64,000 nt of DNA from Candidatus Cloacimonadota bacterium. Lineage in GTDB: Bacteria; Cloacimonadota; Cloacimonadia; Cloacimonadales; TCS61. The position numbers were made by a program, and so were the translations under genes. Location of the stretch: NCBI GenBank assembly GCA_030445745.1, contig JASUTE010000003.1, forward strand, positions 78,725-142,724, given 5' to 3'. The notes below the pieces were generated by a model. It saw only the letters and a list, made by a program, of their open reading frames with translations. It was not told the DNA's origin and did no database searches. Every line of letters begins with the position of its first letter. Within the stretch, counting starts at the first letter, position 1. This document shows, piece after piece, positions 20,001-29,746 of the stretch.

Positions 20001-21013
20001 TTTTGCAAATGCCTTATCTGCTCTGGTCTAAAGATGCCCTTATCGGTGATAATGCCAGTTATGTAGCGGGCGGGTGTTATATCGAAAGCTGGATTTTGAA
20101 TTGGCGAATTGGGGTTGGCAATAAGTTTATCTTCAATATAACTTATTTCTTCATCAGCTCGCTGTTCAATGGGAATTTTAGCACCGCTAGCACAGCTAAA
20201 GTCGATGGTAGAAAGCGGAGCAGCAATGTAGAAGGGAATATTGTTTGCTTTGGCAACAACTGCTTTTTCGTAGGTGCCTATTTTGTTGGCCACATCGCCG
20301 TTAAGGGCAACTCTGTCGGCGCCGGTTATTACCATATCTACCTGACCGGTTTGCATAAAATAGCCAGCAGCATTATCGGCAATAATGGCATGAGGAATAC
20401 CTTCCTGTTCTAACTCGAAAGCTGTAAGCCGGCTGCCCTGCAAGCGCGGGCGGGTTTCATCGACGTAAACGAAGATGTTTCTGTGTTTGCTGAAACGAAT
20501 AGGCGCCAGCGCTGTGCCAAAGTCCACTGTGGCCAAAGCACCAGCATTGCAGTGGGTTAAAATTTGAAAGTTGGGCTGTATGAGCTCTGCGCCCAGCTTG
20601 CCTATCTGGCGGCAAGCTTGCACATTACTATCGGCAAAAGCCTGGGCTGCCTGCAATGCTGTGGCAGCAGAGTCAGCTGGGCTCTGCGCAATAGCTGCTT
20701 CCACCTGGTTTAGCGCATAACTAAGATCGAAAGCGGTGGGACGTGTGGCTAACAGGGTTTCTTTACTTTTTTTTATAAATTCAGCAAAATTTTTAGCTGG
20801 AGCTAGCCTGGCTGCCAGAGCTAAACCAAAACCACCGGTAGCACCAATTGCCGGCGCTCCGCGTACTTGCATTTGCAGTATAGCCTGGGCCACCTGCTCT
20901 ACGGTGGTTAACTGCAGAACTTTGAAATTAAAGGGTAAACTGGTTTGGTCGATTATATTTATGGCACCATCTTGCCACCACACTGTGCGATATTGTAGGT
21001 CTGCTATTTGCAT
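19997..21013 (-). CDS. mtnA: S-methyl-5-thioribose-1-phosphate isomerase
   Basis: VRGAPAIG, TRPTA, THCNAG.LAT, ETRP.LQG, GADR, NKIGTY and NPAFDITP motifs; start at ATG 21013 behind GGAGG. Confidence 0.95.
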   Translation of the reverse strand: MQIADLQYRTVWWQDGAINIIDQTSLPFNFKVLQLTTVEQVAQAILQMQVRGAPAIGATGGFGLALAARLAPAKNFAEFIKKSKETLLATRPTAFDLSYALNQVEAAIAQSPADSAATALQAAQAFADSNVQACRQIGKLGAELIQPNFQILTHCNAGALATVDFGTALAPIRFSKHRNIFVYVDETRPRLQGSRLTAFELEQEGIPHAIIADNAAGYFMQTGQVDMVITGADRVALNGDVANKIGTYEKAVVAKANNIPFYIAAPLSTIDFSCASGAKIPIEQRADEEISYIEDKLIANPNSPIQNPAFDITPARYITGIITDKGIFRPEQIRHLQK

Positions 21014-21035
21014 TTTTCCTCCAAATTTATTTTTT

Positions 21036-21188
21036 AAATTATTTATTAAACTTATGAATGTCAATGTAAATTTTATAAGTAAATTCAATTTTTCAAAATA
21101 AATATTAAACTTTTACCAATGTAATATCACCCCATCACGCCCGAAATACATTTTTCATTTGACAGATAAACTCTAATTTAGCTATTTT
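21036..21188. promoter_or_regulatory. Putative divergent sigma70 promoters (mtnA and amidohydrolase)
   Basis: TTGACA on minus strand at 21064-21059 with TAATTT 17 nt downstream; TTGACA on plus strand at 21159-21164 with TATTTT 18 nt downstream. Confidence 0.4.
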
Positions 21189-21194
21189 TGTTTT

Positions 21195-21935
21195 ATGAAA
21201 TTTAAATTCGATTATTCCCAGCCTTTGGTAGCAGCCAGCATTCACAGTGGGCACAAGCTTACCAAAAAGCTGCAGCGCAAAATAAACGTAAGTGATCAGC
21301 AACGTTTTGCTGAAGAAGATCCATTTACGGAGCTTCTTACCGCAAGTTTTGGGAATAGCATACAGGTAGTAACCAGCCGCTTTGTGGCAGATGTGAACCG
21401 CCGTCCGCACCGCTTTATTTACCAAAAGCCGGAAGATGCTTGGGGTTTAGCGGTGCTGCAGCAGCCGCTGAATAGCTCCGAGCTGGTTCAAGCTGCTGGT
21501 TTCTACCACAGATTCTACCATAAGGTGGAACATTACATTAACCGGCTGCTGCTAAAATTCCCTGTGCTGTTTGTCTACGATTTCCATAGTTTTAATGCCA
21601 GAACTGAAAATGGTTACCCCGACATAATGGTTGGGCGCAGCAACTTGCAGCCCCGATTCTACCCTATTGCTACCAAGCTGCAACAGCACTATCAAGCTGG
21701 CTATAACAATAGTAAACAGGTAATTTTGGACGGCTTCTACCCCGGGGGCTATTTTCCCCGCTGGTTGCATCACACTTTTCCCAATCGAGTTATCTGCATC
21801 GCTATGGAATTTAACAAAAATCTGTTCATGACCTCGCCGACCGGAACCTTGAAACAAGCCGAATTTAATAAACTAAAACAACTGGTAGAGACTTCTAAAC
21901 CAATTATTTTAGATTATCTAAATGAAATATCTTAG
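21195..21935 (+). CDS. N-formylglutamate amidohydrolase family protein
   Basis: IHSGH, EEDPFT, SRFVADVNR, YDFHSF and AMEF motifs. Confidence 0.82.
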   Translation: MKFKFDYSQPLVAASIHSGHKLTKKLQRKINVSDQQRFAEEDPFTELLTASFGNSIQVVTSRFVADVNRRPHRFIYQKPEDAWGLAVLQQPLNSSELVQAAGFYHRFYHKVEHYINRLLLKFPVLFVYDFHSFNARTENGYPDIMVGRSNLQPRFYPIATKLQQHYQAGYNNSKQVILDGFYPGGYFPRWLHHTFPNRVICIAMEFNKNLFMTSPTGTLKQAEFNKLKQLVETSKPIILDYLNEIS

Positions 21936-22371
21936 CAGTTTTACCTCACCGCTAGGTCACCTCTCGCTAGTAGCTAAAGATGATATTTTGGTTGAACTGA
22001 GATTTGCGTCCGCTTCCCAATCACTGAAAAATCCACTATTAAAAGAAGCAGAAAAACAGCTGCAAGCCTATTTTAAAGGTAAAATTCGCAAATTTGACCT
22101 TCCTTATAAAATTAATGGCAGTGATTTCCAAAAACAGGTGCTGACAGCTGCTTCCCAAATAGAATATGGCCACACCATTAGCTATGGCGAATTGGCTAAA
22201 AAAATAGGAAAACCCAACAGCGCCCAAGCAGTGGGCCAGGCTTTGGCTAGCAACTCGTTACCAATTATTATTCCCTGCCACAGAATTATAGCAAAAAATG
22301 GATTGGGCGGATATAATGGTAGCTTGTGGCGCAAAAGCTTCCTACTAAATTTTGAAAAAATTAACAGCTAG
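21922..22371 (+). CDS. ogt: Methylated-DNA-[protein]-cysteine S-methyltransferase
   Basis: SPLG, YG.TISYG.LA, IPCHRI active site and LGGY. Confidence 0.93.
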   Translation: MKYLSSFTSPLGHLSLVAKDDILVELRFASASQSLKNPLLKEAEKQLQAYFKGKIRKFDLPYKINGSDFQKQVLTAASQIEYGHTISYGELAKKIGKPNSAQAVGQALASNSLPIIIPCHRIIAKNGLGGYNGSLWRKSFLLNFEKINS

Positions 22372-22560
22372 CAAAGGATCTCTGTCATTATGCATATGCA
22401 GGCATAATGTGGTGAAAAAGACCTGAATTTGTTTTTTTGCTGAATAATCCCATATTCTACGATCTTAGCGATAAAGAAGCTGAATATGTAAATGAAAAGA
22501 GCAGCCAGCAAACTCTAGCCAGTAAGAGTTTCTGGTAACCAAAGAATCACTTTCAACTGC

Positions 22561-22791
22561 ATCTACTTACGTGGTATTAGCGTGAAGATAGAAGGCGATT
22601 TAGATCTGGAAATCCTGATGGGCAAAAGCAAATACTATCGCGCTGGTTTCCAAGGAATAAAAGTGATAACCACTATTGAAGCCGATATGAGCAAGGAAGA
22701 AAAGGAAAAATTCGTAAATGAAATAGACGAACGTTGCCCTATTGCCGATAATATCGCTGGCATCACCCCCATCGAATTTGTAGTAAAATAA
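22561..22791 (+). pseudogene. 5'-truncated OsmC/Ohr family peroxiredoxin remnant
   Basis: IYLRGISVKIEGDLD...RAGFQGI...RCPIADNI matches the OsmC C-terminal half; the N-terminal half with the first catalytic Cys is absent and there is an in-frame stop at 22516. Confidence 0.7.
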
Positions 22792-22831
22792 ACTAAATTA
22801 TTCAAACCAGCTTTGCCAGTCAGAACAGGTT

Positions 22832-23368
22832 TTACTTTTGCATTATCTTCACATTCTCTTCTCCGTCTGTGCTCTCAAAAGCAACTTTTATAACTTCCGA
22901 TTGCGAAGTAGGAACTTCTCTGCCCACAAAATCTGCTTTCACTGGCATCTCGTGGTGTCCACGGTCTATTAGCACACCCAATTGAATCTTTTGTGGTCTG
23001 CCAAAAGAAAGTAACCCGTCTATAGCAGCACGTACCGTTCTACCAGTATAAAGTACATCATCTATCAGCACTATGATAGAATTTTTGATATCAAAATTAA
23101 TGATCGTATCTTTGTGAACAGGACTTTCAGCGATCTGGGAAAGATCATCGCGGTACAGAGTAATATCCAAAATTCCTACTTCCACCTCTTCCCCTTCAAT
23201 TTGCTTCAGGTATTGGGCTATTTTTTGGGCCATTGGCACTCCGCGGCTGCGAATTCCCACTAAATAAACATTATCCAGTCCGGAATTTTTCTCCAAGATC
23301 TCTAGTGCCATGCGCTGCAAACTGCGCTCCATATCTGGTTTGTTCATTATTACAGATTTTGTTTTCAT
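22832..23368 (-). CDS. pyrR: Pyrimidine operon regulator / uracil phosphoribosyltransferase
   Basis: GIRSRG, LDITLYRDD, DDVLYTGRTVRAA and DRGH.E.P motifs. Confidence 0.95.
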   Translation of the reverse strand: MKTKSVIMNKPDMERSLQRMALEILEKNSGLDNVYLVGIRSRGVPMAQKIAQYLKQIEGEEVEVGILDITLYRDDLSQIAESPVHKDTIINFDIKNSIIVLIDDVLYTGRTVRAAIDGLLSFGRPQKIQLGVLIDRGHHEMPVKADFVGREVPTSQSEVIKVAFESTDGEENVKIMQK

Positions 23369-25164
23369 TTTAAATTCTCCTTTATTAATTTGGCTGTTTT
23401 CTCACCAATTCCTTTTGTCTTCATCAATTCTTTTACATCAGCTTTTTTTATATTTTCTATAGACCCAAATTCTTTCAATAAAATGAATTTAGTATGTTCA
23501 CCTACACCCTTAATTTGGTCTAACTGGCTGGTGAGTGTGCGCGTTTTGCGTCTTTTCCTATGAAAAGTAATAGCAAAGCGATGCGCTTCATCGCGAATAT
23601 GAACCAAAAGCCGCAATGCCGCTGAATTCCGTGGTAATATTATGGAATCTTTCTGGCCTGGTACAAATACTTCTTCGATACGTTTTGCCAGCGAAATAAG
23701 CTCAACCTGCCAATTTTGAGCTTTCACCACTTTATAGGCAGAACTAAGCTGGCCTTTACCACCATCAATAACGATGAGATCTGGCCTATCAGCTTCTTCC
23801 AACTTATTAAAATAGCGCTGTAGGGTTTCTATCATGGAAGCAAAATCGTCTTGTCCCTGCACTGTTTTCATAATAAAATGTCGATAATTTTTCTTTTTGG
23901 GTTTGCCATTTTGAAAGTACACAACGGAGGACACCGTATCGCTACCCTGAATAGTGGAAATATCCACACAGATCATTTTGCGGGGCAATTTAGAAAGCTG
24001 CAGTTTGTCTTTCAGCTCTTTCACTGGGAAAATAGTACGATTGCTTTTACGCAAATGTTTCAACTTCTGTTCTTCCACATAGTTAAAAGCGTTTTCGCGC
24101 GCTATTTTCAATATCAAACGGTTTTCGCCCCGTTGGGGCACATGCAATTTTTTACGCAAGATCTCATTCAGATCGGCAAAATTATGTGGTTCAACCTGCA
24201 CAATGATTTGATACGGCAAATTATCCAGTTTTTCAGCATAATACTGGGTTAAAAATGCTTCCATTATTTCCGGCAAACCACTATCTTTTATATTATCTAG
24301 CGGATAGATCTGTTTATTCAGAAGCTTTCCACCCAAAATTTTCAAAATAGCCACAGCAGCTTTGTTTTCTTCTTTGTAAAGACCTATTACATCGCGGTCT
24401 TTCAGGTCGGAAAAGAAAAGACTGGAGGAACGATTTAATTTTTGAATATTGGAAATTTTATCACGCACTTCAGCTGCTTTTTCATATTGGTAGGAAGCAG
24501 CAAGCTCTTGCATTTGCTGCTTAAGATCTTCTATAACTTCCTGATTTTTCCCTTTGAGGAATCTAATAGCATTATTCACCACCTGACGGTATTCTTTTTT
24601 GCTTATTTTGCCTATGCAGGGCGCTGGGCATAACCCCATCTGATAGTTCATACAAGCTCTTTTGTAAAGCTTACCACCAGCTACGATCTCTCTTTTGCAG
24701 GTACGCAAGGCAAAGATCCATTCCATAGTACGCAGAGTTCTATTCAAAGCTCTACCGTCTGTGTATGGTCCAAAATAACGGCTACCATCTTTCACCAATC
24801 GCCTGGTTTTTATTATTCGCGGGAAATCCTCATTTGTAGTTACTTTGATGAACGGATATTGTTTATCGTCACGTAGATAGATATTGTAGCGTGGTTTGTA
24901 TTTTTTTATCAGGTTGTTTTCCAAAACCAAAGCACTCTGTTCAGAACTGGTGATAATGTAGTCCAGATCGGTTATATTTTTCACCAACTTGCTAGTTTTT
25001 CTATCCAAATTACCAGTGGTAAAGTAACTTCTTACCCTATTTTTTAGCACTTTTGCCTTACCCACATAAATTACTTTATCTTGGGAATTCTTCATCAGAT
25101 AAACACCCGGTTTAGCGGGCAATAATGCCAGTTTTTGTTTTATTTTCTCAGAATTTTCTGCCAT
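23365..25164 (-). CDS. uvrC: Excinuclease ABC subunit C
   Basis: GIY-YIG PGVY..YVGKA, DISTIQG, DGGKGQ, RDEAHRFA and HhH motifs. Confidence 0.97.
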   Translation of the reverse strand: MAENSEKIKQKLALLPAKPGVYLMKNSQDKVIYVGKAKVLKNRVRSYFTTGNLDRKTSKLVKNITDLDYIITSSEQSALVLENNLIKKYKPRYNIYLRDDKQYPFIKVTTNEDFPRIIKTRRLVKDGSRYFGPYTDGRALNRTLRTMEWIFALRTCKREIVAGGKLYKRACMNYQMGLCPAPCIGKISKKEYRQVVNNAIRFLKGKNQEVIEDLKQQMQELAASYQYEKAAEVRDKISNIQKLNRSSSLFFSDLKDRDVIGLYKEENKAAVAILKILGGKLLNKQIYPLDNIKDSGLPEIMEAFLTQYYAEKLDNLPYQIIVQVEPHNFADLNEILRKKLHVPQRGENRLILKIARENAFNYVEEQKLKHLRKSNRTIFPVKELKDKLQLSKLPRKMICVDISTIQGSDTVSSVVYFQNGKPKKKNYRHFIMKTVQGQDDFASMIETLQRYFNKLEEADRPDLIVIDGGKGQLSSAYKVVKAQNWQVELISLAKRIEEVFVPGQKDSIILPRNSAALRLLVHIRDEAHRFAITFHRKRRKTRTLTSQLDQIKGVGEHTKFILLKEFGSIENIKKADVKELMKTKGIGEKTAKLIKENLK

Positions 25165-26705
25165 ATTCGTTTTATTATAATATCTCCATGTTCAATTTTT
25201 AAAATATTTATACCTGCTACCAGAATTAGCAGGCTCATTATTCCCAAAATGGCAATTTTAAGCAGTGCCTGCCAGAAACTGGCTGCCAGGTAGTAGTAAT
25301 TTGCCAAACTAAGGAATACAAATATAAATAGTGATATTAGCAAAATCTTTGCAATAGATTTTTTCATAGATGGAATACGTATTTGTGGTATTTTTTTTCT
25401 TAAAAACATGAGCAGTACACCAAATTGAATAAGAGCAGAAACCGAAGTAGCCAGAGCCAGGCCAGCGTGTTGCAAAAATTTCATAAAAATTATGTTCAAA
25501 CTGATGTTTATAACCACTATAAAAGCTGAAATTTTTACAGGAGTTTTGGTATCTTTGTTGGCATAGTAGATAGGAATAATAAGCCGATTAAGCCCGTAAA
25601 AAACCAGACCAAGTGAATAAAAAACCAGAGCTGCATTAGTCATGTCTAAAGAATGTTGTCCAAAAGCACCTCGCATAAAAATAACTCGGATAATATCTTT
25701 CCCTAAACCAGCCAAAATTGCTGTTACAGGTAACATTATCAAACTAAGCGAAATTATCGAAAATCGTAGCTCATCGGCTAGGGTTTCCCATTTTTTTTGA
25801 GCAAAATAGCGGGAAAAGGCTGGCAGGGCCACCACACCAGCGGTAATTCCAAATATCCCCAGCGGTAACTGCATAAGCCTATTACCATAGTTCAACGCAG
25901 CTATACTTCCTGTAGCCAAAGTAGAAGCTAAAATTAAATCCACTGCCAAATTCACCTGGCGAATTGCCAAACCCCAAACTCCTGGTAAAAAACGCTGCCA
26001 AACAGCTTTTAAGCCACCTGCTGCTAAGCTGAAATTCAATCTGAAACGATATCCCAACCTTTTCAACAGTGGAAAATTAACAATTGTTTGTAACACTCCA
26101 CCAATTACCACACCATAAGACCACACAGTAACTTGCTGCTCAACAGTCTGTGCATCTTTCAGAAGAATATATAGCGCCAGGCTGCCCACCATTCCTATAT
26201 TTAAAAAGGCAGAAGTTAACCCAGGCAAAAAGAAGTAATCATGCGAATTCAAAATAGCAATAAGGGTAGAAGATAAACCGATGAGAAAGAGATAGGGAAA
26301 CATAATGCGAGTGAGCTTTAAAGTAAGTAAATAAGTTTGTTCCCCGAAACCGGGAGCTAAAACTCGAACTATTAGGGGTGCCAGCAAAATTCCCAAGCCA
26401 GATAAAATTAGCAAAGCTAAAGAGAGCAGTGAAAGCACGTTTATGGCAAAGTTAACTTGATATTTGCGGCCTTTTTTTATGCCTACTTCGTTGTAGATAG
26501 GTACAAAAGCTGCCGAAAGCGCACCTTCGCCAAAAAGTTTACGTAATAAATTGGGAATTTGATATGCTACCTGGAAAGCATCTGCTACATAGGAAGTACC
26601 GAAAAAGCTGGTCATAACTATGTCGCGCACTAAACCCAATATACGGCTTATGAACACAGCTAAAGACATCGATCCAGCATTTTTGGCTAATTTTCTTTTA
26701 CTCAT
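25140..26705 (-). CDS. murJ: Lipid II flippase MurJ/MviN
   Basis: SRILGLVRD, PNLLRKLFGEGALSAAFVP and RLMQLPLG motifs. Confidence 0.96.
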   Translation of the reverse strand: MSKRKLAKNAGSMSLAVFISRILGLVRDIVMTSFFGTSYVADAFQVAYQIPNLLRKLFGEGALSAAFVPIYNEVGIKKGRKYQVNFAINVLSLLSLALLILSGLGILLAPLIVRVLAPGFGEQTYLLTLKLTRIMFPYLFLIGLSSTLIAILNSHDYFFLPGLTSAFLNIGMVGSLALYILLKDAQTVEQQVTVWSYGVVIGGVLQTIVNFPLLKRLGYRFRLNFSLAAGGLKAVWQRFLPGVWGLAIRQVNLAVDLILASTLATGSIAALNYGNRLMQLPLGIFGITAGVVALPAFSRYFAQKKWETLADELRFSIISLSLIMLPVTAILAGLGKDIIRVIFMRGAFGQHSLDMTNAALVFYSLGLVFYGLNRLIIPIYYANKDTKTPVKISAFIVVINISLNIIFMKFLQHAGLALATSVSALIQFGVLLMFLRKKIPQIRIPSMKKSIAKILLISLFIFVFLSLANYYYLAASFWQALLKIAILGIMSLLILVAGINILKIEHGDIIIKRIWQKILRK

Positions 26706-26881
26706 AAAGTCTATCTATTCACTTTTCGGATTTGCAAACTACAGATTACGTGACTAAAAAACTTTTTTATTAAATTCGTTTCTCTCTGTCTAACCTTGCA
26801 CTAGTTTCCCAAATTTGAGTATTAAGCCATCATAGAGATTTTCACATATTTATAGTGAACCAGAGAGCTCAAGCAGATTCT

Positions 26882-27433
26882 CTAACAATCCGTTATTTTT
26901 TCTAAAAGCTTTTTCAAGGTGTTATCTTGCATAACATTTTCAGCTGATTTGTAAAACTTACCCATATCTTTTCCAGTGAGTTTACTGTACATCTTTGCCT
27001 GAAAAGCCATTTCCAGTTTATCAAGCTGCTTCACAAAGCAGCCTTCGGCTGTTCTGCCTTCCTCGAAATCCAGCCATAGATTCAACCAATATTCGGAATT
27101 TTCCAATTGGGAGAAGATTTTTTCCACTGCTTTTGTTTCCAAATGGTTTTTTTCTTTTTCAGAAATTCCATCGTGCGGTGTTATATCTCCGGTAATAACT
27201 TCTCCGGTTTCGTGCAAAATAGCCATTTCCAAAACACGTTGTTTGTTTAGATGAGCGGGGCATAAAAACAAGGCCAAAACAGCTGTGCCAAAGCTGTGAT
27301 CGGCTACACTTTCGCAAATATTCGCGTCTATTCCACTTTTTAACCACCCCTGGCGCAACAGAGATTTTAATTCCACCAAATCCCAATAGATTTGCAAACT
27401 TCCTTCAAGATGGTGGTCATAGCGTTTTTTCAT
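26882..27433 (-). CDS. HD-domain 5'-deoxynucleotidase-like protein (YfbR/HDDC2 family)
   Basis: LK..RQGW, ESVADHS, LHETGE..GDITP and DKLE motifs. Confidence 0.82.
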   Translation of the reverse strand: MKKRYDHHLEGSLQIYWDLVELKSLLRQGWLKSGIDANICESVADHSFGTAVLALFLCPAHLNKQRVLEMAILHETGEVITGDITPHDGISEKEKNHLETKAVEKIFSQLENSEYWLNLWLDFEEGRTAEGCFVKQLDKLEMAFQAKMYSKLTGKDMGKFYKSAENVMQDNTLKKLLEKITDC

Positions 27434-27435
27434 TC

Positions 27436-28554
27436 CTAATGACCAAATCTGATATTCATATTATTGTTGTTAGGTGTTTTGGGCTTGGTTAAGGAAATTG
27501 TATCGCCTAAACTAACTCCTTCAATAACTTCTACCTGCTGAAAATCGTTGATACCAGTTTTAACAAATTTAGGGCCAGCAATGGTGTCGTTTTTTACTTG
27601 GTAAACTATATCTTCGCCATCTTGATCGCTAAAAATTGCACGAATCGGTACAACTAGAATATCTTGCTTTTCTTCGCCAATTATGCTGATGTTAGCGGTC
27701 ATACCGGGTTTAAGTTTTTCATCCACGTCCAATATCTCAATTTCCACAGGAAATACTTTAACGTTGTTGTATTCCACTGCCATTGCGGCTATTTTAGTAA
27801 TTTTCCCATTATATTGGGAATAGGGATAAGCATCTACTCTTATCTCAACCTTTTGAGCATCTTCTATCTTGGAAATATCGACTTCATTGATGCGAGTGGT
27901 TACTATCATTCTCTCTAAATCGGCTAAAGTCATTATTACAGTACCAGCATTGTAAGAACCAGTGCTTGATACGACCATTTCACCCTCTTCAACCTGCTTC
28001 TGGATAACAGTTCCTGAGGCTGGTGAAACTAGTTTAGAAACATTATCTATAGTTTCTATCTCTTGGATTAATTCAGATTGACGCAAAGCATTTTGATAAT
28101 CTAATTTAGCTTCTATTAAATTATCTTGGGCATTATCTAATTCATCTTTGGAAACATAATTCTTTTTATACAGTTTTTCTACTTTCTGCAATTCTTCTCT
28201 AGCATTCTCCAATCTAATTTCCGAAAGTTTCAGATTAGTATTGATTCGGGCAATCTCTTCTGCCTGGTTGTAATCTGGTTCCACATCGGCTATTATGTCT
28301 CCTTTTTGAACATAATCACCTTCTTCTACATAAAATTTGAGGATCTTACCAGATATTTTAGATTTAATTTCAACTTGTTTAATAGGTTCTATCTCGCCTG
28401 TTTCTTCCAGTTTAATAGTTATATCACCTTTGCCAACTTTGTATGTCTGAATTTTCATTTTTACAGTAGATTCAGCGGTATTGTCTTTTGAAAATATAGC
28501 AATTAAAACTATAATTACTATGATAACTGCTATAATAATTGCAAATTTTTTCAT
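27436..28554 (-). CDS. MacA-like periplasmic adaptor (membrane fusion protein)
   Basis: N-terminal TM helix, lipoyl-like VEEGD.V.KG, coiled-coil hairpin and LKPGMTA. Confidence 0.9.
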   Translation of the reverse strand: MKKFAIIIAVIIVIIVLIAIFSKDNTAESTVKMKIQTYKVGKGDITIKLEETGEIEPIKQVEIKSKISGKILKFYVEEGDYVQKGDIIADVEPDYNQAEEIARINTNLKLSEIRLENAREELQKVEKLYKKNYVSKDELDNAQDNLIEAKLDYQNALRQSELIQEIETIDNVSKLVSPASGTVIQKQVEEGEMVVSSTGSYNAGTVIMTLADLERMIVTTRINEVDISKIEDAQKVEIRVDAYPYSQYNGKITKIAAMAVEYNNVKVFPVEIEILDVDEKLKPGMTANISIIGEEKQDILVVPIRAIFSDQDGEDIVYQVKNDTIAGPKFVKTGINDFQQVEVIEGVSLGDTISLTKPKTPNNNNMNIRFGH

Positions 28555-28562
28555 CTTCTCTC

Positions 28563-29738
28563 CTACTTATACTCCACAGCTTCTATTATTATTTCTTTAT
28601 TTATTCCATCTCTTATTATCTGCAAAACTATACTTTCGCCTACCGTAATATCGGCAACAGCTAACTGCGCCGATTCTACATCAGTAACCTTGTATTCGTT
28701 TATTGCTACTATTATATCGCCTTTTTGCAAGCCTGCTTTAGCTGCAGGAGTATTTTTGTCAATGGAAGTAACAATAATTCCCTCATCAGTGGAAAGACCA
28801 TAATACTCCGCCAGGGCTGGATTTAGATCTTGAACTCCGAAATCTAGCCATATTTGCCTGATTTCACCATATTTAATCAACTCGCGGGAGCGTTTTTTTA
28901 CCCTATTTATTGGAATTGCGAAACCTAAACCGATATTTCCACCCGATTCAGATAGAATAAAGGCGTTCAAACCAATAACTTCGCCATAAATATTTACTAG
29001 TGGACCTCCGCTATTCCCCGGATTAATAGCTGCATCAGTTTGAATCATTTTCCGATAGATCTTGCCGTTTCTATCCTGGGCAAAATCACGGTTCACAGCC
29101 GAAATTACTCCCACCGAAACACTTGGTTTGCTATCTTTTATCAGAAATCCGTAAGGGTTACCCACAGCTATCACCCATTCACCAATAATTAGGTCATCTG
29201 AATTCCCCAGTTTGGCTACTGGTAAGTCCTTTCCTTCAATCTTCAAAACAGCAATATCGTAAATACTGTCTGTTCCAATAAGCTCGGCTTCAAACTGGCG
29301 ATTATCTTCCAAAATAACCTTGATTTTAGTAGCTCCTTCTACCACGTGCGCATTGGTAAGAATATAACCTTCTTTGCTAAAAATAACGCCTGAACCAATA
29401 CTTTTAATATTCTGCGGTATTTCATCATAAAAACCAAAGAAAAAACTCAATCGCCGGCGTACATAGCGGGTTTTAATTACATTCACACTTACCACAGTTG
29501 GCTCTACTTTTTCTACAGCTCTGGTGATAGCTGTTCGGCGTGTTACTTCCAATACCTGTAAATCTTCCTGTTTGTAACTTGGCTGAACTGCGCTTTCTGA
29601 CTTTGCTACAGCCTCTTCTTCCATCTCCTGCTGTAATTCTTGGGGTAATTCCCGCGGTTCTGGTTCTTTATAATGCTGATATAAGATTATAGCAACTAAA
29701 ACCAAAAATATTATTAAAATTACATTGTTGCGTCGCAT
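28563..29738 (-). CDS. HtrA/DegS-like trypsin serine protease with one PDZ domain
   Basis: GSGVI, TNAHVV, DIAVL and TDAAINPGNSGGPL motifs; C-terminal PDZ. Confidence 0.93.
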   Translation of the reverse strand: MRRNNVILIIFLVLVAIILYQHYKEPEPRELPQELQQEMEEEAVAKSESAVQPSYKQEDLQVLEVTRRTAITRAVEKVEPTVVSVNVIKTRYVRRRLSFFFGFYDEIPQNIKSIGSGVIFSKEGYILTNAHVVEGATKIKVILEDNRQFEAELIGTDSIYDIAVLKIEGKDLPVAKLGNSDDLIIGEWVIAVGNPYGFLIKDSKPSVSVGVISAVNRDFAQDRNGKIYRKMIQTDAAINPGNSGGPLVNIYGEVIGLNAFILSESGGNIGLGFAIPINRVKKRSRELIKYGEIRQIWLDFGVQDLNPALAEYYGLSTDEGIIVTSIDKNTPAAKAGLQKGDIIVAINEYKVTDVESAQLAVADITVGESIVLQIIRDGINKEIIIEAVEYK

Positions 29739-29746
29739 TTAAGCTC

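Noticed and set aside
22832-23368. PyrR attenuator RNA near pyrR
   Set aside because: pyrR overlaps uvrC with no leader, and no pyr biosynthetic genes follow
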